Shown one piece after another: positions 37,508 through 49,715 of a stretch of 64,000 bases of DNA. Every line of letters starts with the position of its first letter. Position 1 is the stretch's first letter. The translations under genes and the position numbers were made by a program. The stretch comes from Haliotis cracherodii (Eukaryota), in contig NW_027266297.1 in NCBI RefSeq assembly GCF_022045235.1, positions 38,006,001 through 38,070,000 on the forward strand, given 5' to 3'. Under the pieces are notes generated by a model, which had not been told where the DNA came from, did no database searches, and was given only the letters and a program-made list of their open reading frames with translations.

Positions 37508-37941
37508 TCACTCTCGAATTCCATGACCGAAGCAAGATATTATTTTGGGGTCACTCTCGAATTCCATGACCGAAGCAAGATATTGTTTTGGGATCACTCT
37601 CGAATTCCATGATAGACCGAAGCAAGATATTGTTTTGGGATCACTCTCGAATTCCATGACCGAAGCAAGATATTATTTTGGGGTCACTCTCGAATTCCAT
37701 GATCGAAGCAAGATATTGTTTTGGGGCCACTCTCGAATTCCATGACCGAAGCAAGATATTGTTTTGGGATCACTCTCGAATTCCATGACCGAAGCAAGAT
37801 ATTGTTTTGGGGTCACTCTCGAATTCCATGACCGAAGCAAGATATTGTTTTGGGGTCACTCTCGAATTCCATGACCGAAGCAAGATATTGTTTTGGGGTC
37901 ACTCTCGAATTCCATGACCGAAGCAAGATATTGTTTTGGGG
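37508..37941. repeat. 43-bp tandem repeat, about 10 copies
   Basis: Unit TCACTCTCGAATTCCATGACCGAAGCAAGATATTGTTTTGGGG. Confidence 0.95.
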
Positions 37942-38039
37942 TGGATCCATAATGGTATGAGCTGGTATCAGAATGACTGGTCACAGGTCACTACTAGCAG
38001 GACAACATCACGACACCACTCGTGGCTTCGACTGGAAAT

Positions 38040-38975
38040 TTGGCCAAGAAATTCAGGAAAATCGATGACCTGATATGTTCCTATAACGGTCTAATAGTCA
38101 ATTCCCTTCCAGTGATTTACCAACCTGAACTAGAATTAAAAGAGACCAGTGAGACCACCTCATCTGTTTCATATAACCGTATTCGACGTAATAAGCGCCC
38201 CGCTCTAATAAGCGCCCACGACGATGTTTGCTAATATATTGGCATGTGAACAATCCCAATTAGCACCCCTTCCGATTGATCAATGTACACAAGACCTATT
38301 TATTCATGTATAATACGCACTCGTGTGTTATGTGCACCCTTAATTTATGGGCAATTAAATTCTGGAAAATATATCTGTCGTATATAAACAGTTCAGGCCG
38401 TCAGCATAAAAACCACGAAATTTATCTTTTAACTCTGTTTTTTCCACCAAAATAATATTCTAATAAGAGCACCCTATGTGTAATTTTGAGAGCGCCCTGG
38501 GCGCTCATTACGTCGAATGCGGTAAGATATATATGCATGAAGATTAAGAGTGAGAGGGATGACTCCTACTTTCTAATAGTCAACTTTGCCTTTATGTGGA
38601 GCAATATTCCAGTAATTCCAACCTTTGGTGTCTCCATTTCACAACGTTTTAGTAACAATCGAGCAGACTCTTTTTATGAAGATTTCAAAGAGCCTCATAC
38701 GATTGTTGTTCGAAAGTTGTTTGATCAAAGTTTCAACTTTCAAAGCATCGTTCAAGCGTTCAAAACGTTTAATGGAAGACATGCAGCTGGCATTTCCAAA
38801 TCTGACGCATCAGTGACAAAAAGTATGTTCGATGCAATTCCCTATGTTGACTTGAACCTTATGTTCCCGTGGTTTTTTTTCAGGTGGACAACTGATCTGC
38901 CTTTGCATGTGTTTGTGACGGGTGCAACCGGTGGGGCAGGATATGGTCACCTTTCCGCGAACACCTTGCTATCAT
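38040..38975 (+). mobile_element. Penelope-like retroelement 3' remnant (RT C-terminal part)
   Basis: Decayed FRKIDDL, IYQPELELKET, RDD.YFLIVNF.F..SNIP..P.FGV.ISQ and FKTFNGRH motifs, interrupted by a MITE. Confidence 0.75.
38176..38523. mobile_element. Tc1/pogo-type MITE inserted in the RT remnant
   Basis: TIRs ACCGTATTCGACGTAATAAGCGCCC and GGGCGCTCATTACGTCGAATGCGGT. Confidence 0.8.
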
Positions 38976-39006
38976 CATCATTGTTTGATAGTTAGAGGTC
39001 ATTTTA

Positions 39007-39154
39007 TGGCAGTTTATATACAATACCCCATATCAAACTGAGACCCCCTTATCAGCCCGAGGGTCGAAGGTCGGGGGGGTGATATGGGTGCCGAAGGCCT
39101 GAGGGCTCATATGGGGGTCGAGGGTTGATATGGGGTATAATATGAAAACTGCCA
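39007..39154. repeat. Long hairpin element 3 (GA/GA mismatches, i.e. TC/TC on the other strand), partly rearranged apex
   Basis: TGGCAGTTT...ATACCCCATATCAA and TTGATATGGGGTAT...AAACTGCCA arms, CCGAAGG-type apex duplicated. Confidence 0.75.
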
Positions 39155-39893
39155 CATACTAACCTTTTTATCATATACCATAACATGGAATTGTAAAATG
39201 TATCCATTCATAAAACATCTCTAAATTCCGTCTATGTCCGTAAAAGCAATAAGAAAAAAATATGTTTACCTTCTTTGGAAGATATTGTCACGGGAAAGCT
39301 AGCCTAGCAGACGACGCACCAAGGGACGTAACTCTAATTTCTGACTACCCATGGCTGAAATCGATCGCCCAATCAAAATGCATTGATTGTCATTTAAATT
39401 GCATTTAAAGAAAGTGTTATCAAAATCGTCGACCTTTCATGTTTTGTACCTTGGCAACCAACCATTTCTTGCTCCTTTAACACAATTAAAGCTCATTCCT
39501 CTATTGATCGTTAGTTTGACGTGGCGTAGAACAATAGTCACTCACTCACTGCATCACCCACCCACCCCCCACCCCGTCAAAAAAGTTAACTACGGCCTTG
39601 CTATGTCTCCAAATTCAGCACACAGCACGATGCGTGTATGTATGTACACTTACTAGCAAGACAAAACACAACTACTAAAACACAACACTTTATGTAAAGA
39701 ACACACGATGCATTGCACACTAGTAAAATACAAAATGATAGGATGACTTTACAAAACGAATTTAGCCGTTGTTTTCATTGTAGTATTGCAGTTTGTTAAT
39801 GAAGTCATTCTTTTTATCACAGATGTCTGCCTTCAGTAGCATGGTTGATATTGATTCATAGCACTGAAAGTCTTTACTGGTACCTATAATTCC

Positions 39894-40961
39894 CTATTTT
39901 TTCTTGCTGTGGACGTTGGTCCGTTTTGAATCCTTGCTCAGAGCCGGAAGTGATGGTTTGAACGCCATATGCGCATGTTCTTTAGGTGTCGGCTGCACAT
40001 GTTGGCTATGATGTTCTTTCAATGGCGTCTTCGGGGGCTCATTGATGGTTTCCGACGTTTTCGTAGTACTTTGTTCTACCAGCATGTCTCTGATCTGTTT
40101 AATGTCACTTCGCATAGACTCGTTCTGTTCTCGCAATTCCTTCATCTCTCGCCACTGGCTTCTCATCAATTCTCGCATTTTACCGATTTCAAGTCTCATG
40201 TTCATCGAGACTTTATTCAGTTCCTCCCTGAACTTGACTTGAACGTTTTTATTTTCTTTCTCCAACAACCTGAGCTTTCCGCCATGTTGAGAGATCACCT
40301 CCTTAGCTTTTACCAATTCCTTTTCGAATCGGGAAAGATTTTTTCGGAGATAGCCGATCTCCCTGTGTAGTCCCCTAATCTCGTCCTCCTTCTCTTGATA
40401 AGCCGAGCCAGTCTGAAGTTTCCCTTTATCTCTCTGGAGTGTAGATACCTCGGACTCAAGTTCATCTGCATATACTCTTGTGTCCTCTACATCCCTGCGA
40501 AGATCTTCAATCTGACGTTGTATCTCCTCGATCTCGTTATTTTTCTTGTCGTTATTGTCTGTCAAATGGGTCAAGACTGCTGTCCTCTTCTCAACCTTTG
40601 ACTTCAGATTCGAGAGTTCTGCGTTCTTCTGCTCAAGTTGTGCATCCGTTTCATTCACGATGGAATCCCTCTGTTCCTTGTTGTGTTTGTAGTCGATCTC
40701 CAGACGTAGACGGAGAGCGTCTATCTGTTGCACGAGAGTTTTGTTGAGAGTGACAACCTGACTCATTATCTCATTTCCGCTAGCCTCGCTCTTGGTTTCA
40801 GAGCTTCCATCCGAGACCGGGTCAAGTGACGAGGTGATATGAGAAGTCGTCGCAGCTGATGTAGGTCTGCCATTTCCGGGGCTGTCGTTGCCTTCCACGT
40901 ACATGGACTGGCTTCTCGTCTGCAGGGACAGACCTTTAACCTTGAATGGCGAATTGTCTCC
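39894..40961 (-). CDS. Coiled-coil protein paralog B, large terminal exon (about 361 aa total)
   Basis: TTTTTCAG acceptor, 1068-nt open frame. Shares QIDALRLRL, F.EEL.K.S..MR.E...MRE.M and LREQN..M.SD.K.I motifs with paralog A. Confidence 0.88.
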   Translation of the reverse strand, partial: GDNSPFKVKGLSLQTRSQSMYVEGNDSPGNGRPTSAATTSHITSSLDPVSDGSSETKSEASGNEIMSQVVTLNKTLVQQIDALRLRLEIDYKHNKEQRDSIVNETDAQLEQKNAELSNLKSKVEKRTAVLTHLTDNNDKKNNEIEEIQRQIEDLRRDVEDTRVYADELESEVSTLQRDKGKLQTGSAYQEKEDEIRGLHREIGYLRKNLSRFEKELVKAKEVISQHGGKLRLLEKENKNVQVKFREELNKVSMNMRLEIGKMRELMRSQWREMKELREQNESMRSDIKQIRDMLVEQSTTKTSETINEPPKTPLKEHHSQHVQPTPKEHAHMAFKPSLPALSKDSKRTNVHSKKK

Positions 40962-40981
40962 CTGAAAAAGGACATAGTATT

Positions 40982-41222
40982 AGTTTGTTTGTTGTTTAAC
41001 ACCACACTAAGCAATATTCAAGCTACATGACAGCGGTCTGTAATTGATCGGCTCTGGACCAGACAATCAAGTGATTGACATCATGAGCATCACCCTATAT
41101 CAATTGGGATACAATGACATACATCAGCTAAAGTCATGCAGCGAGCCTGACCACCCGATCCCGTTAGTCGCCTCTTACGACAATCATGAGCTGCGTGAAG
41201 ATTCTAACCCAAATCTTCATGG
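40982..41222 (-). mobile_element. Short retroelement family 2
   Basis: Homologous head and tail. Further copies at about 41290-41500 and 41948-42108. Confidence 0.85.
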
Positions 41223-41803
41223 ATATGGTATCAGTCAAAACGATAAAATAATGTTTATAGTTGGTTAATATCTTTACGCCATCAGTTTGTATGTTTGTTC
41301 GTTGTTTAACCCTCCACTCAGAAATATAATCGAGTCTGGACCAGACAATCCAGTAATTGATATGTGAGCAAGGATCCACGCCGTCGGGGTACGATGACAC
41401 GCTATCAAACATGTCAACAAGCTTTGCCACCGGATCCATTATGTCACCTCTTCCAAGCAAAGGCATCTGCGGACCTATTCTAACCCCGTACCCCCACGGG
41501 GGACGTTTTCAGTCAGTCGGTACCAGGGGGGTGGGGCGTAGGTCGTAAACGCTGACCACGTTGGTGAAACCCATGAGGACGGAAATGGTGCTCACAAAAC
41601 AAGCATCACAGACAGGGTGAACCTGGGTTCGAACCCACGATGAGCTGATCCTTGCACGCCAGAGAATACCAGTAACTCTTCACGGGGATCCGTTATTGAC
41701 CCAGTTCGAGATAGACGCACTGCCAAATATAACATGGTTAATACTAGCCCATTGTTTGTCTGCACAGACATAACAAGGTCATTGACACATTCAGATTACA
41801 TAC

Positions 41804-41821
41804 CGCTGAAGAGGACGCCAT
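41804..41821 (-). CDS. Coiled-coil protein paralog B, first coding exon (MASSSA)
   Basis: TTCCAG acceptor before 41871, ACTATGGCG start, GCG|GTATGT phase-0 donor. Mirrors the MAS exon of paralog A. Confidence 0.68.
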
Positions 41822-42641
41822 AGTGGCTTGGGTGGCGGCGTCTTTTCTGATCAGCTGTATACTCGGGGGATCTGGAATAACAGTCGGAAAAGAGGTAATA
41901 AATATGGAGCAAATACTATCCATTTAACTCAACAAGTTTGGGAGTAAGTTTGTTGTTTGTTTGTTTGTTGTTTAACGCCACACTCAGCAATATTCCAGCA
42001 GTATGACGGCGGTCTGTAAATAATCGGACCAGACAATCCAGTGATTGATATCATAAGCATCGATCCACGCATACGATGACATGAATCAACCAAGTCAGCG
42101 AGCCTGACATACATATAGGTGATACCTAAACTCACGTTACGGGGCCAAGATCGAAAGACTTCACGTATGCCATTGTCTCGATCCCAACGTGTGATCAGTC
42201 ATGCTGTTTACAGCAAGCGCCAAGTTACGTCACAGATGATACCCTAAGACTCATTGGAAGACGTCAAATTACTGGTCCATGATATCCTTGGGTCAATAGC
42301 CTTTTACATCATTCTGAATACCAACAATCACTCAAGCAGCAGTAATGGTCTTTCGTCACTTGAAATGAAATGATCTCTTTTTTTCAAAGCGACCACATTG
42401 TCAGCAGTACAGGCGATGTTCTATTTGTATGTCGTAGTAGAGGTCTGCAAATAAGCGAGTCTGGACCAGACATTCCAATGACGGTGTTAGGCGTTGCTCT
42501 ATATATCAACCACTGGTTTATGTGGCATCTAGACTAGCACGAACAAGGGAAGCAACTCGCAAATCGATATTCGGTATTTGAGGCGACTGGGCCGCCTGTG
42601 CTTCAGGGCGAGAAGGAAGGCCGTGAAACACAAAGTTAATA

Positions 42642-44170
42642 TACTATTTAAAAAAAAAGAAACGCATAACCCGTATTTGCTGAGAAAATGTTGTATATTC
42701 AAACATGAATAACTTGGTAGGAAATGAACTTGAGTACATGGAATTTACATCCGTTTAGGAGACATCAATGTCTATACAATGATGTCCATAACTTGAGGTA
42801 AGGCATTCACAATATTCCTCAAACGTGAATGGAGTATCAATATCTGTTGTGCCCACGACGTGCACGAATAACAGTTCCCACACGCCTTGTCATGGACTGG
42901 ATGAGACGCTGGATAACGGCCTGGGGATACTCCGCCACTCCTCCTGCAGAAATGCAGCTAGTGGTGGAGAGTTTGGGGTTGATGTTGACGCTGACGGCGA
43001 CGGCGATCAAGTTCATCCCACAGGTGCTCTATTGGGTTAAGATCCGGGGAACGGGACGGCCAGGGGAGCACGTTGACATTGTTAGCAGCGAGAAAGGTCA
43101 TTGTGACACGTGCCGTGTGGGGCCGGGCGTTGTCCTGCTGGAAAATCTCACGTTGGACGTCAATGGCTGACAGGAGGTGTGGTAGCAGGATGGTGTCTCT
43201 GTAGCGTACAGCCGTCAGGTTTCCCTGGACATGGACAAGATCGGTACGATCGGTGTAGCATATTTCCGTCCACATCATCACACTACCTCCACTAAATCTG
43301 TCCACTTGATGCACGCAGTTAGGGGCATAACGTTCATGAACACGTCTGTAGACCCGGTTCCTTCATCACGTCTCTGCAACAGGAATCTGGACTCATCGCT
43401 AAACCAAATGCGTCGCCACTTGCGAAGGTTCCAGGCAGTCACGTTGTTACACCAACGGAGATGATGAACACGATGGTGACGACGTAGCACGTTCCCGACG
43501 TAGGGTCGCCTGGCTCTCAGTCCATGTTCTCTCAGCCTGTTCCGTACAGTCTGGCCTGATATCCTCCTAAGTCCTGGCACCCTGGCTGCAGTGCTCTCAC
43601 CCGTAGCAGTACGGTCACGCAAATGGAGGACCCGGATGTAGCGATCCTGGGCTGGTGTGGTGACTCTAGGTCTTCCTGTACGGGGACGGTCATTTGTTGT
43701 GCCTGTTTGGTTGTAGCGAGCTGCAAGCCGTGATATTGTGCTTTGGATAACATTCAGACGTCGGGTAACAGAAGATTGGGACTCTCCAGCCTGCAGTCTT
43801 CCAATGGCGATGTTCCTTGTGGCAGCACCAAGACGTGGCATGTTCATTTGGCTTGGAAACACCTTCTGAACGAATGCCTATTTCCGAAAGCAAACTTGCT
43901 TTTTATTGCCAAACACTGCATGCCTTTCCTGCCCAATTTCAACGTGCAAGATGCCACTTGTTGCGTTGTGGCGATGCATTTCTTACTCATTCTAAAAAAA
44001 TTACATCAAGGTCAACATTTTCAAGCAAAATCGATTTGTTGCAAACGGAAGCGTGTCAATCGATGCTCTTACCAATATTGATACATATTTTGACGATAAT
44101 ATGAATACAATCGGTATTATTTTCGTTTTGACATATCAGTAACACCTATGCGTTTCATTTTTGGATAGTA
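42642..44170 (-). mobile_element. Tc1-family DNA transposon, full length, degenerate
   Basis: Imperfect TIRs (TACTAT..AAAA..GAAACGCATA) at both ends, flanked by TA, enclosing a transposase. Confidence 0.92.
42837..43841 (-). pseudogene. Tc1 transposase with two frameshifts (about 43360 and 42960)
   Basis: Paired-like HTH, GRPRVTT, WFSDESRF, QQDNARPH and SPDLNPIEHLW, with 34 residues between D and E (DD34E). Confidence 0.93.
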
Positions 44171-44332
44171 TATATACATTATACTCATTAAGTCAAAAAG
44201 CATCGTATCCTGTATCTGTCTATCATCAATGTAGCTTTAATTATGTCGTTATAGAAGGGTCTGACGTTATCAGTGTTACTCATGTGTAAATATTAAATGA
44301 TTGATTCGATGGAATTACACAGATCCATTGTG

Positions 44333-44406
44333 AGTGAGTGAGTGAGTATGGTTTTACGCCGCGTTTAGCAATATTCCAGCAATATCACGGCTACCCGACC
44401 GCCCCA
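44333..44406 (-). mobile_element. Family 1 SINE, internally deleted (head fused to tail)
   Basis: Flanked by 12-bp TSD AGATCCATTGTG. Confidence 0.85.
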
Positions 44407-45287
44407 GATCCATTGTGTAGGAAAAAAACACTTTTTCGCGCATATTTGTAACGATAGAAAACACAACGGTATTTAATGCTTATGCTTATATCATGTAGTT
44501 TGGTACACATAATCTTGAACGACGTTTATATCTTTGATATAACTATCCGTTTAAGTGGTTAAATGAAAAAGATTATTATATAACATATAGTTTTTAGAAC
44601 TTATGTGATCATTACAAAAATGCATGTTCAAACAATATAAACAATTGGTGTCAACTGACATCAATCTGCTAACATAATTTAACATGATTCAAATATTCAT
44701 TTATAGTATTATATATTGGATGGCATGCACAGCATAATGGGGGCGATGGGACAGCCTCGTGATTAAAGCGTTCGCTCGTCACGCCGAAGACCCGACATGG
44801 GTACAATGTGTGAAGCCGATTTCTGGTGTCCCACGCCATGATATTTGCTGGAACATTGCTAAAAGCGGCGTGAAACCATACTCACCCAAAGCATAATGTA
44901 TGAGTGAGTTGAGTTTACAACTGTAAAGCAACATTGAAGATATATCACGATGCACACTCCAAGAATGGGACACCAGGACCACAAATGATACCTATCTTGG
45001 GAATCGAACCCGGGCCTTACGCGTGACGAGCCAAATTCTGCCCCACCAAGTATATCATTCTCGGTGAAATACACGAATTCTCATGTCAGTCAAAGAGATC
45101 TTTTATTTTACATTTACCGACGCTTACTTTTAGGCCCAAATAAAAAAACCGAAACATTTGTTATAATCCTTGTTTAGCCTTTGGTACATCTTTCTGAACT
45201 CACGTTATAAACCTACTTTTGCCTATTGTATTTTAGGTATCTTTCTATCCGTTATTAACTCGGTAACATGTGACATTATACAGCCGA

Positions 45288-45600
45288 TTAACGCCGCTCT
45301 TAGCAATATTCCAGCTATATGATGGCGGTCTGTAAATAATCGAGTCTGGACCAGACACAATCTCATTAAAATAAGATCTTCGTTCTCGCTATCGCTAACC
45401 AAAGCAGCGAGAACTTAGATCTGATTTTAGTGAGATTGAACCAGGCACCACAGTGTTTGATATCATGAACATTGATCCACGCAATTGGGATACGATGACA
45501 TGCATCAAACCAGGTCAGCGAGCCTGACCACCCGATCCCGTTAGTCGCTTCCTACGTCAAGCATGGGTTGCTGAAGGCCAAGTCTAACCCGGATCTCTTA
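45288..45600 (-). mobile_element. Short retroelement family 2 with an inserted 81-bp hairpin MITE (45358-45438)
   Basis: Family 2 sequence resumes after the palindrome CAATCTCATTAAAAT...ATTTTAGTGAGATTG. Confidence 0.85.
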
Positions 45601-46050
45601 CAGTTTTTTACAGCACCGACAACGACGTATGGAGATGTCCATAATGTGTATGTATACAGTTTATCTCCATCCTAGCACGCTTATAAGAGGTGACCACTGG
45701 ACCGTTGCACGCTCATTGACTTGGCTCGTTGTAACACCATGCGTTGCTCATAATATCAACCACTGGTTTACAGGCCGCCATGATATAGCCGGAATATGCT
45801 GACTGCGGCGACAAACGATATTCACTCACTAACACATGTACACGAAGAAACGTTTCAGAATACCCCAGACATGTATGCGTTTGCCAGCGTTCATTAAGAC
45901 GGGCTTGACGTAATGTATTTCAGACATGATAAACCCAAGAAAATCAGGTAACGGTTATTCAGACCACACACGCACACTATAGATTATCCCATCTAGTAAC
46001 CGTATATTTCCTTCCCTTAAGGTAATAAATGCGATATTTTGTCTGCTTAC

Positions 46051-46190
46051 CTTCAAATGACCATAATGACGGCGTATTTCGTTGTCTTGTCGACACACAT
46101 TTGCAACAAACGTGACAGGAGCTAGGCAACTCAACTTGCACCCCTGATCGATTTGTTGTTTAGAAGATTTGGGAGTTTGGTCACGTGACG
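46051..46190 (-). promoter_or_regulatory. Candidate non-coding first exon and promoter of paralog B
   Basis: Strong donor GAAG|GTAAGC at 46050, X-box half-site GTTGCCTAG at about 46130-46122, GTCACGTGAC at about 46180-46189. Confidence 0.45.
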
Positions 46191-47569
46191 TGTATACTTC
46201 GCGCCCTCGTTATTCCCGTCTTGTTTGATTTACATTCATAATGTGTTGTGTGTATGATAACTAAATATTAGAAAAGGGGAAAAATATCAGAACAACAACT
46301 TATTCACACGATCAAACAGATGTACCTATTATAATCACTAATATTTCGATAACTGCAATGTGTCTTATCAACTCGTGACAACGAGGTATGGTGTTTCTGC
46401 TGGGTCGTCTGTCATGAAAGGGAGCGATTCAAAAGCGATAAAGGGTATTTCCAGTATATATATGTTCAGTCTCAATCAAACAATATTTCAAATCCATTAT
46501 GCGGATGCAGATAAGGAGAGCCATTTTTACAATAAAACATTGAATGACAAATTCAATACATGTAATTATTTTTTCGAATCGGCCTTATAATGTCCTGAAA
46601 ACAGAATGAGAGTGTCCCTTAACACGTCTGATCCGGCCACGCTTTCCACGCAACGTCAAAGTATATATGTACAGTACTTATCAGATTGCATGCTTCATGT
46701 ACTCTGTCTGAGTACAGTTACACAATACCAAGCTCAGACTGACTATAGATAAGGAAGTCGTCTGTATATTTTATCGCACTTGGAAATGATAGATCACAGA
46801 ACTGTCATGTGAAACCTCACGGGGGTATATGATATAAAGCAGGAGTGAATTATCTTATTTGGCATTCAGTAATCGTTTGTGCCGAAAATATATAATTTAG
46901 AATACCCTATAAAATTCCCGAATGGATGAATGATAAATTTGCACAATAATAGTGTGTGATTGTATGCTTGCGTGCGTGCATTCGTGCGTGCGTGCGTGCG
47001 TAATATGTTCTCTAACTTCTTTTAGGAAGTATGTATGAGAATCACTTCCTATGATATCGTAGATGACAATCAAGATTCACATTTTGTCAGCTATATCTTT
47101 ATGTGGCATTGACGCCAAATATTCTCTTACCATACAACATGAATATTACTAGTATTTTGACAGAAGCTGACTGTCCATAGCTGATAACGATAAATAAACT
47201 GCGTATTTTAAAAATCACAGCGGGTCAGCTTTATCTTGGAGGAAAGCGTAAAGTGACGACCCAACTAACCTGTAGCTGACAAACGAAGGTTCATAATCGG
47301 AATCATTGTAGGATTCGAACCCAGGAACGTTGGATACTGGTTCTGAAAAGGGACACAACAGTGCATCGCGAATTGTGGCCCCTTAGATCAACTCTTTTCA
47401 CAAAGCTGTCTCAACGCTTTAGATGTTCTTACGTTGAAGTTTGAACCTAAAGTTATTAATAGTAGCGACCGCTTGTGCAGCTGGATCCTGGATATGATGT
47501 TGAGGGAGCAGATTGTCCTGTGGAGATTCTGGGTTCTTATGTATTACTTACTCGCTGTGCTGAGATGCG

Positions 47570-47786
47570 TTCCTTGGGCACGCTAGACACTTATGGTCGT
47601 GGGTTCGAATCCCGGTTCGCCCTAATTATGTTTCTAGGTTAGTCAGCACCATACCCGTGCTCGTGAGTTTCACCGAAGTGGTAAACGTCTGAGACCTGCA
47701 TCACTGCAGCCCCTCCCACATTAAGCTGACACGCCGTGATATAACTGGAATACTGGCGGCGTTAAACCCAACTCACTCACTCACTC
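47570..47786 (+). mobile_element. SINE family 3
   Basis: B box GGGTTCGAATCCC, same core and tail. Confidence 0.85.
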
Positions 47787-48063
47787 ATGCTTGCTGTGGG
47801 ACTGGACTAAATGGGGATCGGGTGGTCTCGGAACGGAGGGGCCAAGCAATTTTTTTTTACCCACAATAGTTATTTTTCAGATAACCTAGCATGTCCAGTG
47901 AACGATTTATTTGGAATCTGAGGAAAAGGAATATTTTTCCAGGCATTTTAGGGAAAGGGTTATTTTTATCACAAAAATTACAGTCACGGCCCCTTAAAAG
48001 GGAAGAACGGCAGAGGGGTACCTTTTCAAAGTACCATGCATATAATCACTTCGTTACGCTATA

Positions 48064-48231
48064 GGGGCGGTCGGGTAGCCTAGTGGTTAAAGCGTTCGCT
48101 CGTCACGTCAAAGTCACGTTCTATTCCCGACATGGGTACAATGTGTGAAGCCCGTTTCTGGTGTCGCCCGCCGTGATATTGCTGGAATATTGCTAAAAGC
48201 GGTGTAAAACCATACTCACTCACACACTCAC
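48064..48231 (+). mobile_element. tRNA-derived SINE, family 1
   Basis: Full length, 13-bp TSD TCGTTACGCTATA. Confidence 0.92.
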
Positions 48232-49371
48232 TCGTTACGCTATACAAGCAAGCGAATGTTGTCTTTACGCCACAGGCGGCAATATTTCAGCTATATCGCG
48301 ACGGCCTTTAAATTTTCGAGTCTGGGCCAGGTGATCGGGCAAGGACCTAGTTTATGCATTTCCCTTGGCTTGAGATATTGAGGATCAGAAAAGTGGCCAT
48401 TAAAACTAAATATATAAGCAAATGTACCCAGAGTGTGGAGTCAAGTTATTAGAATTACTAAATTCAAATATTCACTGACATAAACATTCGTCACCACTCG
48501 CCCCTTTCCGTAACCTGCAAGAATTAAGACTCTCGCTATTCGGCGTGTCCCGGAATAACTCGAGTTGGTCACGAATGTGACATAAACTAATACGTTGTTA
48601 ATTCAATAACAACATTCAGCCAGTCTAGGTTTACCGCAAGGAGATCCAGGTAGGAAAGTAGATTATTCTTCATTTTTCGATGAACTTGGCTCTGTCTTTT
48701 CACATCAAAAGTTTACGACGCGCAAAGAACGCCGTCACGAGCATTGTGATGATGTCGTCACAATGACATTAAAATGACGTCATAATCCTGCAACCCGACA
48801 CTGCATTCGTCACCGTCCCTTTGCGTAACCTGCAGGCTTGTCCCGGAATGACACGAGATGGTCACGAGTATTAGACACTGCTGTATAATGTGGCTAGATA
48901 ATGCGTCACGTGTGCTGGAGACACCTTGTTCTGACAGCGGTATGTGTGTACAGTGCTGATGTTGAAAAGTTTATGGGGGCGGTCGGGTAGCTTAGTGGTT
49001 AAAGCGTTCGCTCGTCATGCCGAAGGCCCGGGATCGATTCCCCGCGGGGATACAATTGAGTAATTGTGTGCATTAATTATCAATTATTGATACTACTATG
49101 TGGCTTATAGTATTATCGTTATCATAACGTCTTACCAACGCTATCATTTTGTTCATCGTCATATTTCTCTAAAATAATTATATGGCTTATGACTTTAATC
49201 AGAATATATATTTCTAACGTGTGTGTAATTGTGGCATATGTTTACGCATGAAACATAATTTGAACTAGCCTGATGGGGAATATTACACTGGTCGAAAATG
49301 TGCACATGTCCGATGTTAAAACAGTGTAAAGTCTGCATGCCATTTCAAACAGGGTGTCAAAGTGGTCTGGT

Positions 49372-49578
49372 CTGGTCCGATAGGGTATGCTACTGTGGTA
49401 TAACATATGCACGACTGGTCCGAAAGGGTATGTTACGGTGGTCTAACATATGCACAACTGGTCCGATCGGGTATGTGACGGTGGTCTAACATGTGCACGA
49501 CTGGTCCGATAGGGTATGTAACTGTGGTCTATCATATGCACAACTGGTCCGAAATGGTATGTTACTGTGGTCTAAATA
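49372..49578. repeat. 43-bp diverged tandem repeat, about 5 copies, abutting hairpin 4
   Basis: Unit approximately CTGGTCCGATAGGGTATGTTACTGTGGTCTAACATATGCACAA. Confidence 0.88.
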
Positions 49579-49589
49579 TAGAATGCTTC

Positions 49590-49715
49590 ACTCGCTCCCG
49601 TGTAATACCAATTTTATGAAACTCGTGAATAGTTGTGGTATCGGACTCGCTTTCGCTCGTCAGATACCACAACTATTCACGAGTTTCATAAAATTGGTTT
49701 TACACGGGAGCGAGT
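49590..49715. repeat. Long hairpin element 4
   Basis: Inverted arms of about 55 bp with apex GAC-TC-GCTTTCGC-TC-GTC. Confidence 0.88.

Noticed and set aside
37508-37941. CRISPR-like array with palindromic GAATTC
   Set aside because: No variable spacers, plain tandem repeat.
42837-43841. Active or domesticated transposase
   Set aside because: Two frameshifts and degenerate TIRs.
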